A DNA stretch of 64,000 nucleotides from Coraliomargarita sp. (GCA_965216325.1 OZ244160.1:2656001-2720000), one strand, 5' to 3'; shown: positions 23,259 to 33,949, numbered from the stretch's first letter. Numbers and translations: made by a program. The notes: generated from the sequence alone by a model not told the origin.

Positions 23259-25598
23259 ATGTTTCATCCGCTTGCTGCCAGTTTAGTTCTCATCGCCCTT
23301 GCGGCTGGGCTGGCTCCGTTGTTAGTCCGTTACTTGAAATCCTACGCGAGCGCGGTGCTTTGCCTCGCGCCGTTTGCTGCTTGTGGGATTTTTTTGGCCC
23401 AGATGGGGCATGTCTCTGATGGTGAGAGTTTAGTGTATCAAGTGGATTGGTTTTCGAGCCTAGGCACCGCATTCGATCTGCGACTGGATGGCTTGTCCTT
23501 GCTGATGGCGATCCTAGTGACCGGCATTGGTGGCTTCATTGTGCTGTATGCGGGCGGCTACATGCATGGCGATAAATATCTCGGGCGCTTCTATTTGTAT
23601 TTGCTGTCGTTCATGCTTGCGATGCTGGGGTTGGTGCTTTCGGACAATCTGCTGCTAATGTTCGTGTTCTGGGAGTTGACCAGTATCACATCGTATCTGC
23701 TGATCGGCTTTAAGCATGAATACCAGGAGTCACGCTGGAAGGCTTTACAGGCGCTGCTGACGACTGGGTTGGGTGCTATGTCGATGCTTGCCGGGTTCAT
23801 CTTGATCGGAATGGTGACTGGCTCTCACAGCTTGTCTGAGATCAATTCGATGGGCGATCTGATTCACGCGAGCCCATGGTATACGGCGATTGTGATTTTG
23901 GTGCTGGGAGGTGCATTTACTAAGAGTGCACAGGTGCCGTTCCATTTCTGGTTGCCGAATGCGATGGCTGGACCGACTCCGGTGAGTGCCTACTTACACT
24001 CGGCAACGATGGTGAAAGCGGGTGTGTTCTTGTTGGCGCGTATGAATCCGTCGCTGGGCGGGTCCGGACTGTGGGAATACACTTTGGCGATTTTCGGTAG
24101 TCTGACCCTGCTGGTCGCAGTCGTGCTGGGCTTATTTCAGAAGGACGTGAAGGCCATTCTGGCCTTCACTACATTGGGGGTGCTCGGTGTGTTGACCATG
24201 TTGCTGGGGATTGGTTCGGAGTATGCAATTAAGGCGATGGTGGTCTTCCTGCTCGGGCACGCACTCTATAAGGCAACGCTCTTCATGGTTGCCGGTTCGA
24301 TCGACCATGAGACGGGCACGCGCGATGTCCTGCTGTTGAATGGCCTGCGAAAGGCGATGCCGATTACGGCGATTGCTGGCGGTTTTGCTGCGCTTTCGAT
24401 GTCTGGCTTGCCGCCGTTCTTCGGTTTTATCGGCAAGGAGCTCATTTACAAGGCCGGGGTCATGCTCAATGGCCCTGAGATGGTCTTCCTGATTGCTGCT
24501 TTTGTGGGTAATCTTATCATGATGGGCTTGGCGTTGAAGGCAGGGGTAGCTCCGTTCTTCGGTAAGCTGAATGCGGAACGCTTGCCTAAAAAGCCGCATG
24601 AAGCACCGTTTTCGATGTGGATTGGACCGATAGTGCTGTCGGTTGCCGGTTTGGTGATCGGTATTTTCCCGATGTTGGTGACGGATGCCTTGGTCTCGCC
24701 AGCGATTGCGGCGGTGCAGGGCTCTGAAATTACGCAACTGGACTTGGCCTTGTGGAATTTGGTGAAGCCGAATTTGCCGCTGTTGTTGAGTGGTATCACC
24801 ATCTTGGGGGGCACCGCGGTGTTTATCTACCGGGCGAAGTTCTGGGATATGTCCGATTATGTGTTGGTGGCGATTCGTCCGTATGGTGCCGAAGCGATGT
24901 ATGATCGTATTTTTAATGCCGTGGTTCGCTTCTCGAAGTGGCAGACCAAGCGATTGCAAACCGGGCGCTTGCATGACTATGTTTTCATGATCGTTCTCAG
25001 TACGGTTGGCCTCTTGCTTTGGGCAATCATTGGTTATGGGGGATTGCAGTTTGGCATCGATTGGTCGCAGTTCAGTCCCTTCATGCTGGGCGTGGTTTTG
25101 GTCATGATTATCGCCACGATGTCGGTGGTCACTTCCAACGACTTTGTCACCGTCTTGGTCGGCTTAGGGACCATTGGTTTTGGAGTGGCCTTGATTTTTA
25201 TGTATCACGGTGCGCCAGATTTGGCGATCACTCAGCTGTTGGTGGAGACGTTGACTGTGGTGCTCTTTATGTTCGTGATCATTCGCTTGCCGGCCTTGAA
25301 GCGCTTTTCCCGATCAGTTACCCGCGTGCGTGACGGGGCGCTCGCCTGCACCTTTGGAGGACTGATGACGCTGCTGGTGTTGAAAGCGGTTAATATTCAG
25401 TTCGATCACCCGATTTCGGAGCACTTGGCAGAGATCAGCTATCTCGAGGCGAAGGGCCGCAACGTGGTCAACGTCATTCTGGTGGACTTTCGTGCTTTGG
25501 ATACCTTTGGCGAGGTGGCGGTCGTGATGGCGGCCGCGCTGGGCATCGCGGCCTTGGCTTCCTCTGGACTCTTTCGGCGAAAGGGGGCGAAGAAGTGA
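23259..25598 (+). CDS. mrpA: Mrp Na+/H+ antiporter subunit A
   Basis: FWELTS, TKSAQVPFHFWLP, APDLAITQ, NVVNVILVDFRALDT. Confidence 0.96.
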   Translation: MFHPLAASLVLIALAAGLAPLLVRYLKSYASAVLCLAPFAACGIFLAQMGHVSDGESLVYQVDWFSSLGTAFDLRLDGLSLLMAILVTGIGGFIVLYAGGYMHGDKYLGRFYLYLLSFMLAMLGLVLSDNLLLMFVFWELTSITSYLLIGFKHEYQESRWKALQALLTTGLGAMSMLAGFILIGMVTGSHSLSEINSMGDLIHASPWYTAIVILVLGGAFTKSAQVPFHFWLPNAMAGPTPVSAYLHSATMVKAGVFLLARMNPSLGGSGLWEYTLAIFGSLTLLVAVVLGLFQKDVKAILAFTTLGVLGVLTMLLGIGSEYAIKAMVVFLLGHALYKATLFMVAGSIDHETGTRDVLLLNGLRKAMPITAIAGGFAALSMSGLPPFFGFIGKELIYKAGVMLNGPEMVFLIAAFVGNLIMMGLALKAGVAPFFGKLNAERLPKKPHEAPFSMWIGPIVLSVAGLVIGIFPMLVTDALVSPAIAAVQGSEITQLDLALWNLVKPNLPLLLSGITILGGTAVFIYRAKFWDMSDYVLVAIRPYGAEAMYDRIFNAVVRFSKWQTKRLQTGRLHDYVFMIVLSTVGLLLWAIIGYGGLQFGIDWSQFSPFMLGVVLVMIIATMSVVTSNDFVTVLVGLGTIGFGVALIFMYHGAPDLAITQLLVETLTVVLFMFVIIRLPALKRFSRSVTRVRDGALACTFGGLMTLLVLKAVNIQFDHPISEHLAEISYLEAKGRNVVNVILVDFRALDTFGEVAVVMAAALGIAALASSGLFRRKGAKK

Positions 25599-26041
25599 GG
25601 CGTTTTGTGGTCAATCAGGCGAGTCGTCTGCTGTTTCCAGCACTGATCGTGCTCTCTCTGATCGTGTTTTACCGTGGGCACAATCTGCCCGGAGGCGGCT
25701 TTATCGGCGGGTTGCTCGCGGCGAGTGCCTTTATTTTGCTGGGGCTGGGTGCGTCGATGGAGCAGGCACGTCGTGCGTTGCGTGTGGATCCTGTCGCATT
25801 GATGGCCATGGGCTTATTGATTGCATTGATCTCTGGTTTGTTTGGCTTGCTACAGGGCGACGCCTTTATGACTGGCGTCTGGCTGCCGACTTTTTACCTG
25901 CCGCTGTTGGGGGCCGTGCATTTGGGCACGCCGCTGTTGTTCGACCTAGGGGTTTTCATGACGGTGATTGGTTTCACGCTGCACACAACATTTAGTCTCG
26001 CTGCGCTTGGGCATGAGGATGAGGAGGAATTGGAAAGCTAA
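25595..26041 (+). CDS. mrpB: Mrp antiporter subunit B
   Basis: GHNLPGGGFIGGL, FDLGVF. Confidence 0.95.
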   Translation: MRRFVVNQASRLLFPALIVLSLIVFYRGHNLPGGGFIGGLLAASAFILLGLGASMEQARRALRVDPVALMAMGLLIALISGLFGLLQGDAFMTGVWLPTFYLPLLGAVHLGTPLLFDLGVFMTVIGFTLHTTFSLAALGHEDEEELES

Positions 26042-26388
26042 TGGAACCGCTGATTGCAGTCTTGATTGGTGTGTTGTTTGCGGGGGGCGTGTATAGCCTG
26101 CTGCGGCGCAGCCTGATGAAGTTGGTCGTTGGAGTGATTCTCATCTCTCAAGCTGCCAACTTGCTGGTGTTTACTTCGGGAGGGCTATTGACTGGGCGCC
26201 CAGCACTGATCGCGGCGGATTCGCAGGTGCCGGACTTGCCAGTGGGCGATCCGCTCCCACAGGCGATGGTGCTGACCGCGATCGTGATTGGCTTCGCGCT
26301 GACTGCCTTCCTACTTGCTTTGGTTTGTCGCGCCCATGAGGCGGTCGGCGAAGATGATATTAATGCGTTTGATCATACAGACCGGTGA
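26041..26388 (+). CDS. mrpC: Mrp antiporter subunit C
   Basis: DPLPQAMVLTAIVIGF. Confidence 0.95.
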   Translation: MEPLIAVLIGVLFAGGVYSLLRRSLMKLVVGVILISQAANLLVFTSGGLLTGRPALIAADSQVPDLPVGDPLPQAMVLTAIVIGFALTAFLLALVCRAHEAVGEDDINAFDHTDR

Positions 26389-27902
26389 TCGTTTCTGAAT
26401 TACTAGTGGTTCTTCTGCTTCCTTTGATCGGGAGTATCCTCTTGCTTCTCGCAAGTGGACAGCCTGCGGTGCAACGAGCCGGCGGGGTGCTGTTTTCGTC
26501 GGCTACCTTTGTCGCCTCGTTGTTTCTGTTGGCGTGTGTCGACGCGACGGGCTATCAAGTGATCCAAGTGGGCAATTGGTCGGCTCCCTTTGGCATTACG
26601 CTCATTGCAGACCGCTTTAGTGCAGTCATGGTCGCAGTGTCCTCATTTATGGGGGCAGCAGTTGCGTTTTTCTCGCTGGGCGAGATCGCGCATCAACGTT
26701 TGAAGCGCTATTTCTTCCCGCTTTATCTGTTGCTGATGTTTGGCGTGAATGGGGCCTTCGTCACGGGGGACTTGTTCAACCTCTTCGTTTGGTTCGAGAT
26801 CATGCTGATTGCGTCCTTCGTCCTCATGTCCTTGGGCGGCGAGAAGGCCGAGCTTGAGGGGGGCATCAAGTATGTCTGTTTGAATTTATTTTCGTCGTCC
26901 TTGTTCCTTGCCGGGGCAGGCATCATTTATGGTAAGACTGGAACCTTGAATATGGCCGACATCGCGCGTCAGATGCAGGGGAGTGAGGATGCCTTGTGGG
27001 TCTTGAGCAGTTCGATGCTTTTTCTGGTGGCCTTTGGCCTCAAAGCTGGGATTTTCCCGTTCTTCTTCTGGCTGCCGGCTTCGTATCATACGCCGCCATC
27101 GACGATCTCGGCGATTTTTGCCGGTTTGCTAACGAAGGTCGGCGTCTATGCGCTGTATCGTGCTTACACTTTGCTGTTTGTGCCGGTCTACGATGAAGTG
27201 GGCAGTTTGTTGGTGGTGCTCGCGGTGCTGACCATGGTCACGGGGGTCTTCGGTGCGGCCTCGCATTTTGATATGCGGCGTATTCTCTCGTTCCACATCG
27301 TCAGTCAGATCGGCTATATGATTTTGGGGTTGGCCTTGATGACGCCCTTGGCTCTGGCTGCTGGTATCTTTTATCTGGTGCACCATATTATTGTGAAGAC
27401 CAACCTGTTCCTTGTGAGTGGGGTGGTGATCCGGAAATATGGTAGCTGCGATCTTACCTTGGTGGGGGGGCTCAGTAAGTCGGCTCCCTTTTTAGCGGCC
27501 TTGTTCTTTATCCCGGCATTTTCGCTCGGGGGAATTCCGCCACTTTCCGGTTTTTGGGCAAAGTTTGCTCTCGTGAAGGCCGGTTTGGAGGCCCATGCGT
27601 GGTGGTCGGTGACTGCGGCGCTGTTGGTTGGTGTGTTGACGTTGTATTCGATGACCAAAATCTGGGCGGAAGCCTTCTGGAAGTCTCCGCCGGAGGGCTT
27701 GCAGCTGCGTGAGCGGAATCCACAGGTGGGAGTAATGGCGTGGATGCTGGCTCCAATTACCGTGCTAGCGTTGACGACGCTTGCGATCGGACTATTTGGT
27801 GAGCCATTATTTGAGTTCTCGCAACGTGCGGCTGATCAGTTGTTGGACCCGCAGGGCTATATTCAAGCAGTCTTCCCAGTAGGAATGGAGGGCGTGAAGT
27901 GA
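26385..27902 (+). CDS. mrpD: Mrp antiporter subunit D
   Basis: DLFNLFVWFEIM, WLPASY, LLTKVGVY, GIPPLSGF. Confidence 0.95.
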   Translation: MIVSELLVVLLLPLIGSILLLLASGQPAVQRAGGVLFSSATFVASLFLLACVDATGYQVIQVGNWSAPFGITLIADRFSAVMVAVSSFMGAAVAFFSLGEIAHQRLKRYFFPLYLLLMFGVNGAFVTGDLFNLFVWFEIMLIASFVLMSLGGEKAELEGGIKYVCLNLFSSSLFLAGAGIIYGKTGTLNMADIARQMQGSEDALWVLSSSMLFLVAFGLKAGIFPFFFWLPASYHTPPSTISAIFAGLLTKVGVYALYRAYTLLFVPVYDEVGSLLVVLAVLTMVTGVFGAASHFDMRRILSFHIVSQIGYMILGLALMTPLALAAGIFYLVHHIIVKTNLFLVSGVVIRKYGSCDLTLVGGLSKSAPFLAALFFIPAFSLGGIPPLSGFWAKFALVKAGLEAHAWWSVTAALLVGVLTLYSMTKIWAEAFWKSPPEGLQLRERNPQVGVMAWMLAPITVLALTTLAIGLFGEPLFEFSQRAADQLLDPQGYIQAVFPVGMEGVK

Positions 27903-28225
27903 TGCGTTTGCTTGCGACCATCGACCTGTTCTTCTTCTTCGCGCTGGATGTGGTTCGGTCGACGGTGCGCGTTGCGGTGGATGTGTTGACACCAACGCAC
28001 CGGATGAAGCCAGGCATTATTTCGGTGGATGTGGCGGATATGACCGATCTACAGCTATTCGTCATGATGAATATGATCACGATGACGCCTGGCTCGATGG
28101 GGATTGGTCTTTCCTCTGATCGCACCAAGCTCTACCTACACATTATGTATTTGGATGGTGAGCTCAGTGAAGCGAAGGCCTCCTTTGAACAGTCTTACGG
28201 AAAGAAGGTGCGACGTGTTTTCTAA
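27902..28225 (+). CDS. mrpE: Mrp antiporter subunit E
   Basis: PGIISV, ITMTPGS, LYLH. Confidence 0.9.
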   Translation: MRLLATIDLFFFFALDVVRSTVRVAVDVLTPTHRMKPGIISVDVADMTDLQLFVMMNMITMTPGSMGIGLSSDRTKLYLHIMYLDGELSEAKASFEQSYGKKVRRVF

Positions 28226-28499
28226 TCTCCCGTTCCCACTCGCATTGGCTGCGATGATCTGCATGGCGCTCACGCTTGGATCATTTTTTTGCATGCTCTA
28301 CCGCATCATAAAAGGGCCGAGTGGCTTTGATCGTGTGGTTTCACTGGATCTACTGGGTAGCATCTGCCTCTGCCTGATCGTCTTGTGTGCAATTATCTTT
28401 GAACAGCAGGTGTTGATGGAAATCGCGTTCGCGATTGCGGTGGTGAACTTCCTCGGGACGATTGCGCTCGCGGGTTACCTTGGAAAGGCGAAAGACTAA
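28215..28499 (+). CDS. mrpF: Mrp antiporter subunit F
   Basis: RIIKGPSGFDRVVSLD, NFLGTIALA; start moved to GTG 28215. Confidence 0.9.
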   Translation: MFSNLPFPLALAAMICMALTLGSFFCMLYRIIKGPSGFDRVVSLDLLGSICLCLIVLCAIIFEQQVLMEIAFAIAVVNFLGTIALAGYLGKAKD

Positions 28500-28846
28500 T
28501 GGACTGGATCGTTGCAATCTTGATGGTCACGGGCATGTTTTTTGCCTTCGTTGCTTCGTTGGGGCTCGTGCGAATGCCGGATTTGTATACACGAATTCAT
28601 GCCGCGACCAAGGCCGGGGCCTTTGGCTCATCTGTGATCCTCTTTGCAGCTGCCTTGCATTTTGGCAGCTTGCGTGCGGCTGTTATGGCGGTCCTGGTGG
28701 TGGTGTTCTTCTATTTGACTACGCCCGTTGCGGCACAGGCCTTGAGCGATGCGGCACATCGTTTGCGTATACCTCAGTGGTCCGGCACCAAGCTTGACGA
28801 ACTCGCGGACGACGAGGCGGCGGATACAAACAAATCCGATTCTTAA
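28499..28846 (+). CDS. mrpG: Mrp antiporter subunit G
   Basis: RMPDLYTRIHAATK, TPVAAQ. Confidence 0.93.
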   Translation: MDWIVAILMVTGMFFAFVASLGLVRMPDLYTRIHAATKAGAFGSSVILFAAALHFGSLRAAVMAVLVVVFFYLTTPVAAQALSDAAHRLRIPQWSGTKLDELADDEAADTNKSDS

Positions 28847-28920
28847 CCGAATGGACTTGCACTCTTGGGGCTCGCCGCTTGGTAAGTAGGCGCATGAAAC
28901 CGACTCACCCTGTGCTTAGT

Positions 28921-30534
28921 ATGTCTAAATTCAAAATAAGCTGCCTTCTCGTCTTATTGCTCTGTGCATGGAGCTCTCTGTTTGCCGGTGGCGGTGGCGG
29001 TCACGCTTCGGATATCGCGTTCCCGATTTCGGAGCTGGAATATATCGAGATGGAGAAACACGCCGCGGAAGATGCGGGTCTTGAAGCACTTAGCATCGTG
29101 GATCGCTTGGTCCTGCGCGCAAAGGCAGACCCGTTCAATATCGTCGCGACCTTGATTTTCCTTCTCGCGGTGGTGCATACCTTCCTCTCATCCACGTTCA
29201 ATAAGCTCGCGCACAAGTATGAGCACGAGCACCAGGAATGGCTCAAAGACCACGATAAATACTACGTGGAGGGTAAGCAGCCAGTTAGCTTTAAGGCGAC
29301 GTTGTTTCACTTCCTGGGAGAGGTGGAAGCGATCTTTGGTATTTGGCTGATCCCGCTTTTGATTTCGATGATTTTGATGCAGCCGCACGGTATCGAGATC
29401 GTTTCGCACTACATCGATAATCGAAACTATACCGAGCCGATGTTCGTGGTGATTATCATGGCGATCGCCTCCAGCCGTCCGGTGATTCAGTTTGCGGAGA
29501 CCTGCATGCGTGCAGTGGCATCGATTGGTAAGCAGAGTCCTGCTGCCTGGTGGCTCTCGATTCTGGTTGTCGCACCACTCCTCGGTTCCTTTATTACCGA
29601 GCCGGCCGCAATGACGATTGCTGCGCTTCTTTTGGCTCAGCAATTCTACAAGTTGGAGCCAACCAGCACCTTCAAATATGCAACCATCGGCCTGCTTTTC
29701 GTGAATGTTTCCGTTGGTGGCACACTAACGCACTTCGCAGCGCCTCCGGTTCTTATGGTGGCTGGTGAATGGAACTGGAATATGCCGTTCATGTTTACCC
29801 ATTTCGGCTGGCGTGCGATCCTCGGCATTCTATTTGCGACTGCGGTTTACTACTTTATCTTCCGTAAGAATTTTGTCACCTTGGCGGCGAAGGCGAATGC
29901 GCTTGCCGCGGAGACTACTGCCGAGCCAGAGCCAGAGCCAGCGCCGCTGTGGATCATTCTAACTCACTTGGCTTTTGTTGCTTGGACGGTGATTACGCTG
30001 CACCACCCGGCCTTCTTCATCGGTGGCTTCCTATTCTTTATCGCCTTCACGATGGCGACGCATCACCACCAGTATGAGATTAAGCTGAAGTCACCGCTCT
30101 TGGTCGGTTTCTTCCTTGCGGGTCTCGTGACGCATGGTGGTCTGCAGGGCTGGTGGATTTCGCCGGTGCTGAGTGCACTCGCGGAAGTGCCACTGTTCAT
30201 CGGTGCAACTGTGCTGACTGCGTTTAATGACAATGCAGCGATTACTTATCTGGCCGCTCAGGTGCCGGCATTTAGCCCGGAGACTATGGTCGCTGGGCAA
30301 TGGGTCTCCAAGACCGGTGCGGCGCTTGCCAATGCACAGGGTCTTGAATACGCCGTGGTCGCTGGTGCGGTGACGGGTGGTGGTTTGACCGTGATCGCAA
30401 ATGCGCCGAACCCAGCTGGTCAGAGCATTCTGAGCAAGTTTTTCACAGATGGTGTTTCTCCGATGAAGCTACTATTAGGTGCGCTGTTCCCGACCTTGGT
30501 GATGGCCGTCATGTTCATGGTCCTGCCTCACTAA
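28921..30534 (+). CDS. Putative Na+/H+ antiporter (DUF1504 type)
   Basis: HFLGEVEAIFGIW, GSFITEPAAMT, HFAAPPVLMV, GGGLTVIANAPNPAG; start could be 28894. Confidence 0.85.
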   Translation: MSKFKISCLLVLLLCAWSSLFAGGGGGHASDIAFPISELEYIEMEKHAAEDAGLEALSIVDRLVLRAKADPFNIVATLIFLLAVVHTFLSSTFNKLAHKYEHEHQEWLKDHDKYYVEGKQPVSFKATLFHFLGEVEAIFGIWLIPLLISMILMQPHGIEIVSHYIDNRNYTEPMFVVIIMAIASSRPVIQFAETCMRAVASIGKQSPAAWWLSILVVAPLLGSFITEPAAMTIAALLLAQQFYKLEPTSTFKYATIGLLFVNVSVGGTLTHFAAPPVLMVAGEWNWNMPFMFTHFGWRAILGILFATAVYYFIFRKNFVTLAAKANALAAETTAEPEPEPAPLWIILTHLAFVAWTVITLHHPAFFIGGFLFFIAFTMATHHHQYEIKLKSPLLVGFFLAGLVTHGGLQGWWISPVLSALAEVPLFIGATVLTAFNDNAAITYLAAQVPAFSPETMVAGQWVSKTGAALANAQGLEYAVVAGAVTGGGLTVIANAPNPAGQSILSKFFTDGVSPMKLLLGALFPTLVMAVMFMVLPH

Positions 30535-30555
30535 TCGAGCTATCAACAATTTTCC

Positions 30556-30589
30556 AAGACCCCGTGCGTTCGAGCCGGGGTCTTTTTTT
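30556..30589 (+). terminator. Intrinsic terminator
   Basis: aagaccccg...cggggtct followed by a T run. Confidence 0.8.
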
Positions 30590-30688
30590 GCCGTATCCGC
30601 AGCGCCTGCCGTTGGTTGCTGTAGAACTCGGGTTGAATATTCGGCTCTCTTGTGTAGCCTGTATGTAAAACCCAACGCTACGACTGTT

Positions 30689-31507
30689 ATGCCCAAAAAG
30701 AAGACGCTCAAAGCCACAGCCAAGCCCAAGAAATTAAGCAAGGAGAACTACGAGGCTGAGATTGAACGCCTGCAGGACGAGCTCGTCCATTTGCAGCAAT
30801 GGGTTGTCGCCAAAGGCTTGCGGGTGGTTGTTATCTTCGAGGGGCGTGATGCCGCCGGCAAAGGGGGGGTGATTAAGCGTATTAGCGAGCGGGTGAGTCC
30901 GCGTGTGTTTCGTGTGGTGGCGCTTCCGGCACCTACCGAGCGAGAGAAGACGCAGCTCTATTTTCAGCGCTATATTCAGCATCTGCCTGCGGCGGGGGAG
31001 GTCATCCTGTTTGACCGCAGTTGGTATAATCGCGCAGGTGTGGAACGTGTGATGGGCTTTTGCACAGATGAACAGCATCAGGACTTCCTGCGGATGTGCC
31101 CGGGCTTCGAACGCTGGTTTACGGACCAAGGAATTATTCTGCTGAAATACTGGTTGGATGTCGGCAACAAGGAGCAAGAGAAACGTTTCATGAAGCGGAT
31201 CACCGATCCGAAGCGACGCTGGAAGCTAAGCCCAATGGACCTCGAGTCGCGTCGTCGCTGGTATGATTATTCGCGAGCGCGTGATGAGATGTTCGCGGCC
31301 ACCGATACGACCTGGGCACCGTGGTATTTAGTCGATTCGAATGATAAGAAACGCGCACGACTGAATTGTATTTCGCACCTGCTCTCTAAGATTCCATACG
31401 AGCACGTGGATCATCCCGAGATCAAGCTACCCAAGCGCTCACGAAAGGGCGCCTACGATACCGGAGCGTCCGTCGAACACCGCAACTGGGTGCCGGATCT
31501 CTATTAA
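30689..31507 (+). CDS. ppk2: Polyphosphate kinase 2
   Basis: FEGRDAAGKGG, FDRSWYNR, WKLSPMD, ARLNCI. Confidence 0.95.
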   Translation: MPKKKTLKATAKPKKLSKENYEAEIERLQDELVHLQQWVVAKGLRVVVIFEGRDAAGKGGVIKRISERVSPRVFRVVALPAPTEREKTQLYFQRYIQHLPAAGEVILFDRSWYNRAGVERVMGFCTDEQHQDFLRMCPGFERWFTDQGIILLKYWLDVGNKEQEKRFMKRITDPKRRWKLSPMDLESRRRWYDYSRARDEMFAATDTTWAPWYLVDSNDKKRARLNCISHLLSKIPYEHVDHPEIKLPKRSRKGAYDTGASVEHRNWVPDLY

Positions 31508-31518
31508 TTTTATTAGCC

Positions 31519-31622
31519 GTAGGGACGTTGCTCGCGACGCCCGCCTACGTTGACAGTTCATGCCTTGAGCGGGGTCCGCCATTCGGTCTGAGCTCATGGT
31601 CGAAGACAAGCGAAGCCCCTAC
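31519..31622. repeat. REP-like dyad GTAGGG...CCCTAC
   Basis: gtagggacgttgctcgcgacgcccgc ... caagcgaagcccctac; near-copy at 53521. Confidence 0.8.
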
Positions 31623-31644
31623 ATTGGATTCAGCCTCAGAAGTT

Positions 31645-33444
31645 ATGATTCGATCACTAAGAACACTGGCAAGTCGTCGCTATGGTTTGACCTTTCTGGT
31701 GCTCGGTGGATTGGCCTTGCTCTTGAGTAATCTTCTAGGAGCAGAGGAAGCTGCCGAAATTGTTGAGTCCGCGGCGAATGAGATCGCGTGGCCGACGGTG
31801 TGGATGCAGCTTTTCGGTGGGCTGGCTCTCTTTCTTCTTGGTATGGAAGTGATGTCCGATGCGATCAAAGCTGTTGCAGGTGATGGACTGCGGGGCTTCT
31901 TGCAACGGATGACGGGGAACCGCTTTCTCGGAGCATTCTCCGGCGCCTTGATTACGGGGATATTGAACTCGTCTTCAGTGACCACTGTGTTGGTCGTGGG
32001 TTTTATTAGTGCTGGCCTAATGACCCTGACGCAGGCGATTAGTATCATCATGGGTGCTAATATCGGCAGCACCTTTGCGGCACAGATTATCGCGTTTAAC
32101 GTCACACAGTATGCGCTGCTACCTGTAGCTCTGGGCTATGTGATGCGCTTTGTGTCTAAGAGCGATCATGCCCGTAACTATGGCGATACGATCATGGGCT
32201 TGGGGCTTATTTTCTTTGGCATGGGCTTGATGGGGGCAGCGATGACACCTTTGCGAGATTACCAACCGTTCTTGGATCTGATGCTGCAGATGGATAAAGT
32301 CCTTTATGGCGTGCTGGTGGGGGCTGTATTCACCGCGTTGATACAATCGTCGGCGGCAACTACGGGTATTGCGATTGCGATGGCGAGTGGCGGATTGATT
32401 ACTTTGGAAGCGGGTGTGGCTTTGGCACTTGGTGCGAACATCGGTACCTGCGTGACTGCGGTGCTGGCTGCGATTGGGAAATCCCGACCGTCGGTGCGTG
32501 CCGCGGTGGCGCATGTTTTAATCAATGTGGTGGGCGTGGCCGCGTGGGTGTGGTTCATTCCTCAGTTCTGTGAGTTGATCCGAGCGATTTCACCGACTGA
32601 ATCCGGACTGACTGGAGTGGAGAAGTTGAGTGCTGAAGTGCCGCGTCAAATCGCCAATGCGCATACAGTGTTCAATGTCGCCAATACTGTTGTACTGATT
32701 TGGTTTACCGGGCTGTTGTCCAAGCTATGCATGTGGATTGTTCCGGATAAGCCGGAGAAGGTGAAGCCGGTGATTGAGCCCAAGTTTTTGGACAAGGAAC
32801 TCTTGGATACTCCGACGCTTGCGATGCAGCGTGTGCAGTTGGAGATCGGCCGCATTCAGGCGATTATCGATAAGATGTTTAAAGACTACGAGCTCACGAG
32901 CATGGATGCCGACATCGATCAACTGCGTGAGATCGCACGAGCTGAGGAGAATGTTAATGTGTTAGCTGAGCATATATTTGGATATCTTTCCGCGATGCCT
33001 CGCGAGAAGCTAAGTGAGCGCGATGGACGTCAGCTATTGTTATTGATCACAGCTAACAATTACATGCGCAGCTTGGGCGAGGTATTGAAGACGGACATCA
33101 TTGATATCGTCCAGAAAGCACGTGATCAGGGGGTGGTGCCGAGTGAGCGAATGCGCATCCTGATGCGCGATTTATATGCAACGGTCTGGCGCGTGACGGT
33201 GCTTTGTTTGCAGGCGGTCTCTGAAGATGATCCGGTGCTGGCGAAACAAGTCTTGGAAGCCTCGGAAGAGGTGAAAATCAATGTGCGTGCTGCCTTGGAG
33301 CATCAAGCTGAGCAACTGTCTCCGGATCACCCTGAGCGCCTTGCGATCTTTCGAGTCGAGATGGAGTTTATCGACAACATGAAGCGTATCTACGACCAAG
33401 CGAAACGAGTTGCCAAAATGCAGCTGAGTCTGGCGAAGTCGTAG
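31645..33444 (+). CDS. Na+/Pi cotransporter family protein with PhoU-like C-terminus
   Basis: GGLALFLLGM, NSSSVTT, MGANIGST, QSSAATT, GANIGTC, IANAHTVFN; start moved downstream of the REP. Confidence 0.92.
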   Translation: MIRSLRTLASRRYGLTFLVLGGLALLLSNLLGAEEAAEIVESAANEIAWPTVWMQLFGGLALFLLGMEVMSDAIKAVAGDGLRGFLQRMTGNRFLGAFSGALITGILNSSSVTTVLVVGFISAGLMTLTQAISIIMGANIGSTFAAQIIAFNVTQYALLPVALGYVMRFVSKSDHARNYGDTIMGLGLIFFGMGLMGAAMTPLRDYQPFLDLMLQMDKVLYGVLVGAVFTALIQSSAATTGIAIAMASGGLITLEAGVALALGANIGTCVTAVLAAIGKSRPSVRAAVAHVLINVVGVAAWVWFIPQFCELIRAISPTESGLTGVEKLSAEVPRQIANAHTVFNVANTVVLIWFTGLLSKLCMWIVPDKPEKVKPVIEPKFLDKELLDTPTLAMQRVQLEIGRIQAIIDKMFKDYELTSMDADIDQLREIARAEENVNVLAEHIFGYLSAMPREKLSERDGRQLLLLITANNYMRSLGEVLKTDIIDIVQKARDQGVVPSERMRILMRDLYATVWRVTVLCLQAVSEDDPVLAKQVLEASEEVKINVRAALEHQAEQLSPDHPERLAIFRVEMEFIDNMKRIYDQAKRVAKMQLSLAKS

Positions 33445-33455
33445 GTGTTTCAGAT

Positions 33456-33530
33456 GTAGGGACGTGGCTTTGACACGCCCGTCTCAGTGATTCGGTTCGG
33501 ATGTCGGGCGTGCGGATCGCTCGCCCCTAC
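33456..33530. repeat. REP-like dyad GTAGGG...CCCTAC
   Basis: gtagggacgtggctttgacacgcccg ... cgggcgtgcggatcgctcgcccctac. Confidence 0.75.
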
Positions 33531-33541
33531 AGAAGACGGGA

Positions 33542-33949
33542 TCACCGCAACATGCGCTGCTTAATCAGCTCGGCGTGAGTGAGATCGCACTGTGCGCTTT
33601 TGAAGATTCGGTGGCGATTGTGGACGACTCGGTTGTAGCACCAATCACGAATGCACCTGGGCGCGCAAAGCGCCATATATGCCAGATACTTCATCCGGCT
33701 GCCACTGTCGATCAGGGCCCTTAGCACGGCTCCTGAACGCTCATAGAGTAGACTGTCGCTGCCGCGCAGATACACGACCGTTGATATCGTCAGGCGCAGC
33801 TCTTCGGGCAGGAGTTTGACTGCGGTTTCGCCTTGCAGCGGGGCGAACTGCAGCAGTCCATTGCGATCATGGCGGACCAGAAACTCCACTGACCAATTAC
33901 ACAGTCCGCAGTGTCCATCATAAAACAGGATATGCCGATGCTCGCTCAC
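33542..33949 (-). CDS. DCC1-like thiol-disulfide oxidoreductase family
   Basis: [24 protein letters not shown]. Confidence 0.88.
   Translation of the reverse strand: MSEHRHILFYDGHCGLCNWSVEFLVRHDRNGLLQFAPLQGETAVKLLPEELRLTISTVVYLRGSDSLLYERSGAVLRALIDSGSRMKYLAYMALCAPRCIRDWCYNRVVHNRHRIFKSAQCDLTHAELIKQRMLR

Noticed and set aside
31528..31644. N-terminal extension of the Na/Pi symporter in the ORF track
   Set aside because: It is a read-through of the REP dyad from a TTG; ATG 31645 precedes the first hydrophobic segment
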